Assembly (NCBI GenBank): GCA_018238545.1 | Contig: JABCTC010000007.1 | Coordinates: 32,087-96,086 of the forward strand | Length of the DNA stretch: 64,000 nucleotides | Reading direction: 5' to 3' | Source of the DNA: Candidatus Heimdallarchaeota archaeon | GTDB lineage: Archaea; Asgardarchaeota; Heimdallarchaeia; Heimdallarchaeales; Heimdallarchaeaceae | Part shown: one piece after another, positions 19,713 to 28,909 of the stretch | Layout: each line of letters begins with the position of its first letter | How positions within the stretch are numbered: position 1 is the first letter of the stretch | Notes under the pieces: generated by a model | What the model saw: the letters and a program-made list of their open reading frames with translations, nothing else | Database searches by the model: none | Told to the model about the DNA's origin: nothing | Made by a program: the position numbers and the translations under genes

Positions 19713-20798
19713 TTAAGTAGGTGTTTCATCAATATGATTCTCATATTCGTCGTTGTCGCTTTTTTCTTGAAAGTCTAGCACCGGAGTTTTTCTAGCTTCA
19801 ATGGCGCCACCAATCTTGCGAACTATGTAACCTCTATTCGCCCATATTTTGTCAATGTTTCCTATTAGTAAAAATATTGCGTATATAACTAAAAATGGTA
19901 TCAAATAAATCAACCATGTTGAAAATGCAACAGCTATTGGATGATATTGTCCTTGCTCATTTGCAAATTCAAAACCATATATTAGGAAGTTATTGGATTT
20001 TCTATCCACAAAGAGAGAGAACAGGATATATCTAAAACTCAAAGTAATATTGCCAGTCATTAAAGACATAGCTGTCCCAGTAATGAGGCTAGCAATAAAA
20101 GATATAAGTAGGAACGATTTAGCGCTTGGTATGTGTTTTTTCTTTTTCTTAACAAGTTTGAACATAATGAAGTTGTATGTTCCAGAAACAACTGCACCAA
20201 GTACTATGGGCATTAGGACAATCCAAATGTACGTATTTGTCCACTTTGGATTAGCTTGATTAATTAGTTGAGATCCCCAGATATCATCCATACTGTAAAA
20301 TCTGTGTGATTGTGCAAAATCTAACTCATCAACTGGAAAGGCACCATTTCTGAAAAAACCACTATCTGCAAATAAGAATAATGATGAACCTAGAATTAAA
20401 GCCACCATTGGTGCGAAAAACCAAACCAGTATTGGTTTTGCAATGATTCTTAAACTCGGATCTTGACCACCATTTAATCCATAAGTAAGAAAAACACTCA
20501 TCCAGTAACTAGGTCCTTCCCAAAAAGTGTGTGTTGGGCCTCTTAATGAATTTGTGATTCCCATAATTAATATACTAATAAGCCAAGTTGAGAAAAGATA
20601 GATGCCCATTGGAGAATGAAACTTTTTCCATAACCATTTCCCAAGCACGACAAACCAATCCCCCCATACGCCAAAAAAGGTTCTTGGACCCATTTCTATT
20701 GAATCTACATTTACCTCTTCTGATTCAGTTTTTTCTGCTTGCATATTAATAGCCACGTTGCATATTTTCTTAGACATTTTAAACCTTTTCTCTTCCAA
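19713..20798 (-). CDS. Polytopic membrane protein of unknown function
   Basis: About 5-6 TM segments; true start uncertain. Confidence 0.7.
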   Translation of the reverse strand: MEEKRFKMSKKICNVAINMQAEKTESEEVNVDSIEMGPRTFFGVWGDWFVVLGKWLWKKFHSPMGIYLFSTWLISILIMGITNSLRGPTHTFWEGPSYWMSVFLTYGLNGGQDPSLRIIAKPILVWFFAPMVALILGSSLFLFADSGFFRNGAFPVDELDFAQSHRFYSMDDIWGSQLINQANPKWTNTYIWIVLMPIVLGAVVSGTYNFIMFKLVKKKKKHIPSAKSFLLISFIASLITGTAMSLMTGNITLSFRYILFSLFVDRKSNNFLIYGFEFANEQGQYHPIAVAFSTWLIYLIPFLVIYAIFLLIGNIDKIWANRGYIVRKIGGAIEARKTPVLDFQEKSDNDEYENHIDETPT

Positions 20799-20880
20799 TT
20801 AGGTTTACGTTAAAAAAAATGATTCAACTAAAATCATTTAAATGTGTTAACTTTTGATTTTTTAACGCTTGAGGATTAAA

Positions 20881-22314
20881 ATGAATGCAGATAAGATATT
20901 GAACTTAGTCAGCGCTGGTATAGATGTTGGAACAACTACTTCACATTTGATTTTTTCTAAACTCAAACTTGAAAAAATATATACTCCAAGAGGAGTAAAA
21001 TTTGAGGTTACTAAGAGAGAGATACTATACAGAGGCAACATTTTACTCACTCCTTTAATAGATGGACAAACTATTGATTATCTCAAACTTGTTGAATTTA
21101 TCAAATCTGAATATGAACTTGCAAATATGTCAATTGATGATATTGATACTGGAGCAGTCATAATTACAGGGGAAAGTGCTAAGAAAGAAAATGCAGAAGA
21201 CCTAGTGAAGGCTCTTGCATACAAAGCAGGTAAATTTGTTTGTGCAGCTGCAGGCCCCAATTTTGAATCAGTAATAGCCGCAATGGGCTCTGGTGCATCT
21301 CAATATTCTAAAGACACAAAGAAAACTGTGATGAACATAGATATTGGTGGTGGTACAAGTAATATCGCTATCGTAAAAGATGGTGAAATCATTGATGCTG
21401 CTTGTGTCAATGTTGGTGGAAGATTACTAGCTTTTGATAAAGAAGACAAAATTGTAAGAATTGAAGACCCTATTAGAAATTTGGAAGGCAAAATAGGAAT
21501 TAAATTCGATTATGGAGCCCATATAACAATTGATCAGAAAAGGAAATTGGCTAGAATTCTAGCTGAAAGTCTCTTTGAAACATTGGATAGGAATTTACAA
21601 ACACAAATCGCTAAAAATCTACTTATGACAAATCCATTGGAATATGATGGAACTATTGATGAATTCATGTTTTCTGGTGGTGTAGCTGAGTATATTTACG
21701 AGCAAACTGATGAATATTTTGGCGATTTGGGTAAATATTTGGGTGAAGAAGTTATAGACATTATCAAGGAAAAGAATATCAGCATCCACAAACCAACAGA
21801 ACTAATTCGCGCAACTGTAATTGGTGCCGGTCAATATACTCTTCAAGTATCAGGTGTTACTACTCATATCTCAGATATCGACATTTTGCCAATTCATAAC
21901 ATCCCCGTTCTTGAACCCAAGATTGACAACAAACAGATAACTGAGGAAAGTGTGAAATTAGCCATTCAAAAGAGTCTTAATATGTTTGATGTAAAGGAAG
22001 GGGAAGAGACGGTTGCATTATCCTTCAAGGGTGCTATTGGTGGTTCATATGCGGGACTTACTACTTTTGCTAAGGGCGTAGTAAGTGCATTACCAAATAC
22101 AATTAGAAAAGAAAAACCTGTTATCTTAGTTTTTAACAATGACATAGGAAATTCTGTTGGAAACGTAATGAAAAGAGAAACATCTGCAAAAAAGAACATT
22201 ATTTCTATTGATGAAATAATTATCCAAGAAGGAGATTTTATTGATATTGATAAACCAAAAGCAGGCGGACAAGTAGTTCCAGTAGTAGTGAAATCCTTAG
22301 TTTTTTCAGCTTAG
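20881..22314 (+). CDS. eutA: Ethanolamine ammonia-lyase reactivating factor EutA
   Basis: SAGIDVGTTTSHLIFS, TGAVIITGE, FVCAAAGPNFESVIA, NIDIGGGTSN, FSGGVA, IRATVIGAG, VVPVVVKSLVF. Confidence 0.9.
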   Translation: MNADKILNLVSAGIDVGTTTSHLIFSKLKLEKIYTPRGVKFEVTKREILYRGNILLTPLIDGQTIDYLKLVEFIKSEYELANMSIDDIDTGAVIITGESAKKENAEDLVKALAYKAGKFVCAAAGPNFESVIAAMGSGASQYSKDTKKTVMNIDIGGGTSNIAIVKDGEIIDAACVNVGGRLLAFDKEDKIVRIEDPIRNLEGKIGIKFDYGAHITIDQKRKLARILAESLFETLDRNLQTQIAKNLLMTNPLEYDGTIDEFMFSGGVAEYIYEQTDEYFGDLGKYLGEEVIDIIKEKNISIHKPTELIRATVIGAGQYTLQVSGVTTHISDIDILPIHNIPVLEPKIDNKQITEESVKLAIQKSLNMFDVKEGEETVALSFKGAIGGSYAGLTTFAKGVVSALPNTIRKEKPVILVFNNDIGNSVGNVMKRETSAKKNIISIDEIIIQEGDFIDIDKPKAGGQVVPVVVKSLVFSA

Positions 22315-22327
22315 AAAAATGTGGTTG

Positions 22328-23935
22328 TTACCACCCTACTACTATTCCATCTGCCCGAGGGCTTGTACCACCACAGAGAACACCACTATTTGGGTCTCTA
22401 TTTATTATCTGACCTCGCCCAAATATCATTCTTGCATATCCTGCGGTCGGTACAACTGAGTGCCCCATTTGACTTAATCTACTCATGACTGCAATATCTA
22501 TCCCTTCTTCTAAAGCAACATCTCCCTTGCTGGTTCCATCTCTTATAGTAAATCTAGGTGCATTAAGAGCTTGCTGGGGGTTCATGCCAAAATCAATCAT
22601 GTTTACCATAACTTGTGCATGTCCTTGAGGTTGATTAAATCCTCCCATTACACCGAAACTAGAAAAGAGTTCACCATCCTTTGTGGCCATTCCCGGAATA
22701 ATTGTATGGTAAGGTCTTTTATTTGGAGCTAATACATTTGGATGATCATGTTGAAGTGAAAAGTTTGTTCCTCGATTTTGCAAGGTAAAACCACAACCTT
22801 TTGGAATTAGTCCTGTACCAAACCCCATATAATTAGAATTAATGAAGCTGCATGCATTCCCTTCTCTATCTACTATGGAAAAGTAAACTGTATCGGAACT
22901 TGAAACAGGTGATCCTTTTTCAACTTCGATAGATGCTTTAGTTGGATCAAATAGTTCTCTTCTTGATTTAGCATATTGTTTTGATAATAACTCATTAATG
23001 GGAACATGGACAACATCAGGGTCGGCTACGTACCATCTAGTATCTGAAAAAGCAATACGCATCGATTCAATCATTGTATGCAAATGTTCAACAGATGAAT
23101 GTTTCATATCGCCAATATCAAACCCTTCGAGCACATTGAGAGCCATCAATGCGGTAATTCCTTGTCCATTTGGTGGTATTTCATATATGTCAACACCTCG
23201 ATAGTTAATAGTAATAGGTTCATCGAAAGTGTTTTTGTGATTTTTCAAGTCATCTAAAGTCATAAACCCTTCAAAGGATTTGATTAATTCAATAATCGAC
23301 TCTGCAATTCGTCCTTCATAAAAACCACTTTTTCCATGTTCTATTAGCTCTTGGAATGTATTAGCTAATGTTGGGTTTTTAATTATTTCCCCCTCTTTAG
23401 GTGCCTCTCCATTAAGTAGCATCTCATCAGCATTTGGACCTAATCGTAATTGTTTTACACCTCTTTGCCAAGATCTTGCGGTTAAAGGCGAGACAGGAAA
23501 CCCCTTTCTTGCTAATTCTATTGCTGGAGATAATATGTCCTTTAAAGACATGCAACCGAATCTCTCGACAGCATCTACCCAACCTGCTGCCGCACCAGGA
23601 ACAGTAATTGTGTGAATACTGAGTGGTGGAAGATTGTCTAGTATGTTTAAATTGTTGAGTTTATCTAAATTTAATTCTGCGGGAGCTCTGCCACTTGCAT
23701 TTAAACCGAATACTTTCTTTTTCTGATTATCATAAAATAAGCAGAAACAATCTCCACCTATTCCAGTAGATGTTGGTTCTGTTAGATTCAACGTTGCTGC
23801 TACAGCAACAGCAGCATCTGCTGCATTCCCTCCTTTTCGTAAAATGCGTAACCCTATCTCTGAAGCAAGAGGTTGACTTGATGCTACCATCCCGTTTCTT
23901 GAGTAAACTGGAGACCTATAAGAATTGAATTTCAT
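22328..23935 (-). CDS. ggt: Gamma-glutamyltransferase
   Basis: GGNAADAAVA, GIGGD, TVPG, PPNGQG, D-T(nucleophile)VYFS, KRPYHTIIP, GVMGG, SPRADG. Confidence 0.95.
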   Translation of the reverse strand: MKFNSYRSPVYSRNGMVASSQPLASEIGLRILRKGGNAADAAVAVAATLNLTEPTSTGIGGDCFCLFYDNQKKKVFGLNASGRAPAELNLDKLNNLNILDNLPPLSIHTITVPGAAAGWVDAVERFGCMSLKDILSPAIELARKGFPVSPLTARSWQRGVKQLRLGPNADEMLLNGEAPKEGEIIKNPTLANTFQELIEHGKSGFYEGRIAESIIELIKSFEGFMTLDDLKNHKNTFDEPITINYRGVDIYEIPPNGQGITALMALNVLEGFDIGDMKHSSVEHLHTMIESMRIAFSDTRWYVADPDVVHVPINELLSKQYAKSRRELFDPTKASIEVEKGSPVSSSDTVYFSIVDREGNACSFINSNYMGFGTGLIPKGCGFTLQNRGTNFSLQHDHPNVLAPNKRPYHTIIPGMATKDGELFSSFGVMGGFNQPQGHAQVMVNMIDFGMNPQQALNAPRFTIRDGTSKGDVALEEGIDIAVMSRLSQMGHSVVPTAGYARMIFGRGQIINRDPNSGVLCGGTSPRADGIVVGW

Positions 23936-23993
23936 AGTTGAGCTAAAATTAGGTTAAAAATAAATCTGTCGGTTTTATGTTTACTTTTACTTA

Positions 23994-24680
23994 TCAGTTC
24001 CTATAAATCCTATGTCCACAATACGAGCAATACTCTTCAACATCAACAACTTTGTTTTTACAATTGGGACAAAACCATCCTTTGGCTTTTGAGGTTTTCT
24101 CAATTTGTAGTTTTTTAGTTTTGGTGATTAAGCCAGTTGAATATTCATTTTTGGATTGCCTTCTCTTTATTAACAAGATAACCGCTAAAGCTGCAATACC
24201 AATTGTAAAAATAATGCCAAAGCTAATTAATGTGATAATTGTTGGAGTACCCTCAAATGTTCCCGATTCTATAGGTGTATCTTGAACAATTATTTCAACA
24301 TCTACTGAATAGGGGCTATCTCTATTATCTAGGATAATATAGTAGTGCTGACCATGATCAACAGAAAAGGCGACTGAATCTTGTTCCGCATTTATTCTTT
24401 CAATAACAGATTCTGAGCTAAAACCGTCGCTCCAGTTTAGATAATTATAACTGTCAAATACGCGTAGTGATATGTCAGATCCGCGTAGTGATATGTCAGA
24501 TCCATTGATAACTAGAAAAGAGATATAAACAGTAGACCCATCATAGGCCGTTATAACCCATCCATTTGAATCATAAGCACTAACTGCACGAGTTTCATCA
24601 ACCCAAATAGTTCCAAGGACTGACTCTGAAGTAAGAAAAACAAGTGCTACTATTATGAATATAACAGGTTTTCTTTTCAT
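23994..24680 (-). CDS. Type I membrane protein: signal peptide, beta-sandwich ectodomain, TM, cytoplasmic zinc ribbon
   Basis: Signal peptide; YYIILDN; TM then KRR; CPNC...CSYCG. Confidence 0.75.
   Translation of the reverse strand: MKRKPVIFIIVALVFLTSESVLGTIWVDETRAVSAYDSNGWVITAYDGSTVYISFLVINGSDISLRGSDISLRVFDSYNYLNWSDGFSSESVIERINAEQDSVAFSVDHGQHYYIILDNRDSPYSVDVEIIVQDTPIESGTFEGTPTIITLISFGIIFTIGIAALAVILLIKRRQSKNEYSTGLITKTKKLQIEKTSKAKGWFCPNCKNKVVDVEEYCSYCGHRIYRN
24461..24502. repeat. Exact 21-bp tandem duplication (GSDISLR x2)
   Basis: cgcgtagtgatatgtcagatc occurs twice in tandem. Confidence 0.95.
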
Positions 24681-24806
24681 CTTATGCCTCTTCTAGTTGT
24701 CCTCTGTTGATCAATTATTATAGTTTCTTTCTTAAATATGTTCTCAAATGAATAGTATATAGTTAAATAAATGTGATATCTGTTCTATCTAACTCGATGT
24801 GATTTT

Positions 24807-25706
24807 ATGGAACCAACTGGAAAAAAGGAAATTCTTAGTCATTTACCTGATCGACCCAAATACATACTTAAATTATATTTACTTCAAGTAATTCTAATTG
24901 CCTTGTTTACATTAACTATTTTATTTATTTTAGATATTCTTCCAATTTTATTACCAACCGTTGAATGGCTTGCAGTTTTGGAACCCTACCTCCCACCCAT
25001 AGGTTCAATGTTAATGATAACTGGGGGGCTAAGTATTGTTCATGTAGTATGGAGAAAAAGAGACAAATTCATTTCTCAGGATAAGAAAAGAGCCTTCCAA
25101 AAATCTGTAAAATATACATTCACAGGTATTCCAGTAGCTATGGCCGGAATCATTCATATGTTTCTACCTGTTGGTTGGCTAGCTGAAAAGATTTTTTCAA
25201 TTACTGTTTTTAGAAACCCTCTAACTGATTTTTTTCAAATACCTATAGGACAACTAGCTGCAGCTGCTGCTGGAAACTCTAATTATAATGACACAATTCC
25301 TAGAATCGTTTTCAGTGTGCTGTTTTTGATAATGGCTTTATTGACTATGTTTAGAACAATTTTCGCATTTGGAATAGATAATGCAGCAATGCTTTATGTT
25401 TATTATCCAGAAGAATCGAAAATAGTGAACCACAAAATTTACTCAATCATTAGACACCCATTATATGTGAGTGTATATTTTCTTATGATTAGCGCTTTAA
25501 TTAGTGTTTTTTCAATATATTCGGTGATTATAACCGTTATTTTTGTTCTTTGTTTCAGTTATCATATCTATTGCATAGAGGAGAAAGAGTTGATAGAACG
25601 ATTCGGAGACGGTTTTAAGGAATATAGAAAAGAAGTACCAGCTCTAGTTATACATCCAAAGAATTGGGGAAAATTCTTTAAATTTTTAATAGGTAAAGAG
25701 ATCTAA
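24807..25706 (+). CDS. Isoprenylcysteine carboxyl methyltransferase / PEMT-family membrane methyltransferase
   Basis: IYSIIRHPLY and EEKELIERFGDGFKEYRKEVP motifs; multiple TMs. Confidence 0.82.
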   Translation: MEPTGKKEILSHLPDRPKYILKLYLLQVILIALFTLTILFILDILPILLPTVEWLAVLEPYLPPIGSMLMITGGLSIVHVVWRKRDKFISQDKKRAFQKSVKYTFTGIPVAMAGIIHMFLPVGWLAEKIFSITVFRNPLTDFFQIPIGQLAAAAAGNSNYNDTIPRIVFSVLFLIMALLTMFRTIFAFGIDNAAMLYVYYPEESKIVNHKIYSIIRHPLYVSVYFLMISALISVFSIYSVIITVIFVLCFSYHIYCIEEKELIERFGDGFKEYRKEVPALVIHPKNWGKFFKFLIGKEI

Positions 25707-25899
25707 TAGAAGCTTATACTCCTCAATCTCTTTGTTTTTTCTGTAGTTTAGAAGAAAGTGCAATTTTTTAAAGCAAAACAAAACCTTCATTTTTTGATTA
25801 CTATACCTATTTAAGTGACTATTCTAATAAGGAGACCTATACTAGAAGAGATGTTCCAATAAGGTAGTATGATTATTTATATTGTGTTTATTTTTTGAA

Positions 25900-26229
25900 T
25901 TAATTACAATATAAGAAGACAATCCTATATAGTTCTAAAATAAGTTGATCTAATCTTATCCAATTTAATCCTGTTACTCCCTCATCCAGTATACATGCTA
26001 TTTCGTGAACTTCAGAATTGGTATCTATACCTTTAATTTCAAGCTGTCCCAATAAAGTGTGCAACAAGTTTCTAATTTTACAAACATGTTTTTTCTTACC
26101 TTCTTTGATTTCTTGTAGTTCATCAAATAATTTTCCTAAAGTAATCAATTCAGTTTCTAGATTTTCGGGCATTTTGTTAATTTCAATCCTTCTTATTGGT
26201 TTCTCCAATCTTTTTATAATCGATAACAT
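25900..26229 (-). CDS. Small helical hypothetical protein
   Basis: 109-aa ORF with aggaga SD; divergent from TetR. Confidence 0.65.
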   Translation of the reverse strand: MLSIIKRLEKPIRRIEINKMPENLETELITLGKLFDELQEIKEGKKKHVCKIRNLLHTLLGQLEIKGIDTNSEVHEIACILDEGVTGLNWIRLDQLILELYRIVFLYCN

Positions 26230-26243
26230 AGATATCTCCTGAC

Positions 26244-26308
26244 TGAACGCTGTTCATTTATCCTTTCTCTCTGTCTTTTTAAACTTTATTAAATGAACGC
26301 TGTTCATT
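26244..26308. promoter_or_regulatory. Twin palindromic operator TGAACGCTGTTCA (26244-26256, 26294-26306)
   Basis: Identical 13-bp inverted repeats 50 bp apart, between TetR and the divergent gene. Confidence 0.8.
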
Positions 26309-26344
26309 AATAACCCTTATTTACTCATTTATCCTTTTTCAATC

Positions 26345-26992
26345 ATGAGTCATTCTAGAGCTCGTTCAAAAGAGGCTAAGCAAAAACAAACTGAATTGAT
26401 CATTAACACTGCAAGGGAATTGTTCTATGAAGCGGGCGCATTTGGTTTCAGTATGCGAATTTTAGCAAAAAGGTTAGATATGTCACAAGGCAATCTTTAC
26501 AACTATTGGACAAGCAAAAGAGATCTTTGGTATAATATACTTGAGCAAGATTTTCAAGAATTTGAGGGTCAAATGCTCAAAATAATAAAGACACATAAAG
26601 GATCTTATATGTCACTTCTGGAGAAATTAGCTGAATACTATTTTATATTTGCCAGAGATGATTATCAAAAATATCAAATGATGTTTGTAACCATTCCGCC
26701 ACCTGCAGAAAAAAAAGGAAGAAAAGAGAGAGACTTTGAACCCAAGACCATCCATATTCTAATGGGAATTGTTCAAGAAGCGGTCGAAAGTGGAGAGTTA
26801 GAACTAGATAACATTCTTCATTTTACACTCTATTTGTGGTCTGTTATACATGGAACTGTTCTGGTTTCCAAATCTATCCTTTTTGATACAAATTCAGAAC
26901 TCTCAACATTCGGTGATGCAGATACCTTTCTTACTTATGTTACTACAATACTAAAAAAACAGATAGCTGCTTATTCAAAATTGGACATTTGA
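26345..26992 (+). CDS. TetR/AcrR family transcriptional regulator
   Basis: ARELFYEAG...SMRILAKRLDMSQGNLYNYWTSKRDL; LWSVIHG C-terminal helix. Confidence 0.93.
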   Translation: MSHSRARSKEAKQKQTELIINTARELFYEAGAFGFSMRILAKRLDMSQGNLYNYWTSKRDLWYNILEQDFQEFEGQMLKIIKTHKGSYMSLLEKLAEYYFIFARDDYQKYQMMFVTIPPPAEKKGRKERDFEPKTIHILMGIVQEAVESGELELDNILHFTLYLWSVIHGTVLVSKSILFDTNSELSTFGDADTFLTYVTTILKKQIAAYSKLDI

Positions 26993-27014
26993 GAATCTTT
27001 CTGAACAAACAAAA

Positions 27015-27200
27015 TGCCCTGATTTTTTCCATATAAGCCCCAAGTTTATTATTGATCCAACTGTGCCAATCTGCAAGGAAGACAACTGTTTCGAATCCAG
27101 CTTTTGCTAAATCTGTATATGTCGTATAAGACGACAATTTTCCATTCTTGAAAATAATCCATTCCAATTATTGGAAAGCATTCTATATAAGTGTGTGTGC
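27015..27200 (-). pseudogene. Remnant of archaeal tyrosyl-tRNA synthetase
   Basis: DLAKAGFETVVFLADWHSWINNKLG..EKIR matches the archaeal TyrRS signature; degraded upstream YIE..P/IG segment in another frame; no full ORF. Confidence 0.75.
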
Positions 27201-27438
27201 GGGGTAGATTAATTGAGGTTAAGGAAGGAATATAAAGATTAGTCCGTCCATTTATCTTGCAGGAATTTTTTTCCGTCCTTCCAAACCCTCAACATTCACC
27301 TTCACTGCTTCTATCTTCTATGAAATTTTCAGTTTTTTCTTGTTTTGAGTATTCTATTAATATTACATAGCATTAATAAATAAATTAAGAAGGTTTTACT
27401 GGTAAGATATAAGTTACCTCTTAAACAAAGGTGATAAA

Positions 27439-27618
27439 ATGAGCTACATTGAGAAAGATGATCTAATCTCATACTTGAAGAATAGTGAAGATTCTAAGAA
27501 AGAAATTGACATGGAAGCGGTAGATTTTGTTCTTTTAAAGCTAAATGAGTTAAGACACGAAATTAGCTTGAAATTCTATGAGAAAAAGATTAGCAATTCC
27601 AAGAAACGTGGAGCTTAA
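27439..27618 (+). CDS. 59-aa hypothetical protein (possible divergent histone fold)
   Basis: Not in track. aaggtgata SD; MSYIEKDDLISYLKNSEDSKKEIDMEAVDFVLLKLNELRHEISLKFYEKKISNSKKRGA. Confidence 0.6.
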   Translation: MSYIEKDDLISYLKNSEDSKKEIDMEAVDFVLLKLNELRHEISLKFYEKKISNSKKRGA

Positions 27619-27686
27619 AATATCTATCTCAGTCCCTTAATGACTCACTATTAAGACTTAAATAAAACTATTTTACAATACTTGCC

Positions 27687-28907
27687 ATGGTTTCATTACT
27701 TGATGAAGTAAAATACATATCTGACAATTTTGGTCCTCGAATTGCCGGTTCAGAATCTGATAAGAAAGCAATTGAATATCTTGAAACGCGTTTTCGTTCA
27801 TTTTCAAATGATGTAAGCACTGAATCCTTTCCAGTTGTTGGAAGGTCTCTTCAACATTTGATTAATTTTCTAGTGTGGGGATATTTTTTGTCTGTTATCG
27901 CCTATGTGTTTCTTGCATCTATAGCATTGGGATTATCCATATTAATGATTATGATTTACTATTTAGCTCGGTTTCAGGATAAGAACCTTATAAATCTCCT
28001 TGTAAAAAAGTCAGAAACTAAAAATGTAATTGCGAAATTTGACTCAAAGAAAGAGAAAAAACTTACTATCATCTTTTCAGGTCATCATGATTCAGCATTT
28101 CACATGCCATTATTTGAGAAAAAATTGAAGCAAATTACTTTGATACAAAATGGTGCTTTACTTGGAATTATAATGTTAATCATAGCAAGTATCTGGAAAA
28201 CAATCTATATGGTAACAGCTGTCGTAGGAATTTTTGAAATAGTCCAATACAGTATTGGTTCATTGCAAATAACATGGTTATTATTTCCAGATTTGTTTTT
28301 CGTTTTAGCCGTTCTAGGGCTTTTTCTTGGTTTCTATTTTCTAGCAAACATGGTTACAAAGACACCATTAATTGGCGCAAATGATAATCTTACATCAGTA
28401 GCAATTTTGCTTGGTTTGGGAGAATATCTAAAAAACAATCCCTCAAATAATCTGGAGATATATCTTGTTTCTTTTGGTGCAGAAGAACCAGGTCTAAATG
28501 GTAGCAAATTCTTTGTCGATAAAAGGTTGGATGAGCTAGTAGGTTCTATCAACATAAACTTCGAAACTGTTGGAAGTGGTTCATTAGGTGTGATTGCAAA
28601 GGAAAAGGACAATAACGTTGTCCATGATTCAAAGATTGTAAAATTTATTCAAGATGTGGGTAAGAAAAATGGGTATGATTTACCCGCTATGAAAATTCAT
28701 TATGGAAACACTGACGCTGGAAGTTTTTCAAAAAGAAAATTGATTGCTACTACTATCTTTGGTTATGGAAAAAATGATGTTTTTGATCTTTGGCATTCGA
28801 CCGATGATGTATATGAGAACCTCAATAGCAAGCTTCTAGATGAAGCATTCAATCTTACTATACATGTTCTAAAAGAATTGGAAAAAATTGAAGAGGATTG
28901 GTTCTGA
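27687..28907 (+). CDS. Membrane-inserted M28 family metallopeptidase
   Basis: GPRIAGS, SGHHDS, GANDN, GAEEPGLNGS, INFE, TDA, WHSTDD; four TM inserts. Confidence 0.88.
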   Translation: MVSLLDEVKYISDNFGPRIAGSESDKKAIEYLETRFRSFSNDVSTESFPVVGRSLQHLINFLVWGYFLSVIAYVFLASIALGLSILMIMIYYLARFQDKNLINLLVKKSETKNVIAKFDSKKEKKLTIIFSGHHDSAFHMPLFEKKLKQITLIQNGALLGIIMLIIASIWKTIYMVTAVVGIFEIVQYSIGSLQITWLLFPDLFFVLAVLGLFLGFYFLANMVTKTPLIGANDNLTSVAILLGLGEYLKNNPSNNLEIYLVSFGAEEPGLNGSKFFVDKRLDELVGSININFETVGSGSLGVIAKEKDNNVVHDSKIVKFIQDVGKKNGYDLPAMKIHYGNTDAGSFSKRKLIATTIFGYGKNDVFDLWHSTDDVYENLNSKLLDEAFNLTIHVLKELEKIEEDWF

Positions 28908-28909
28908 GA

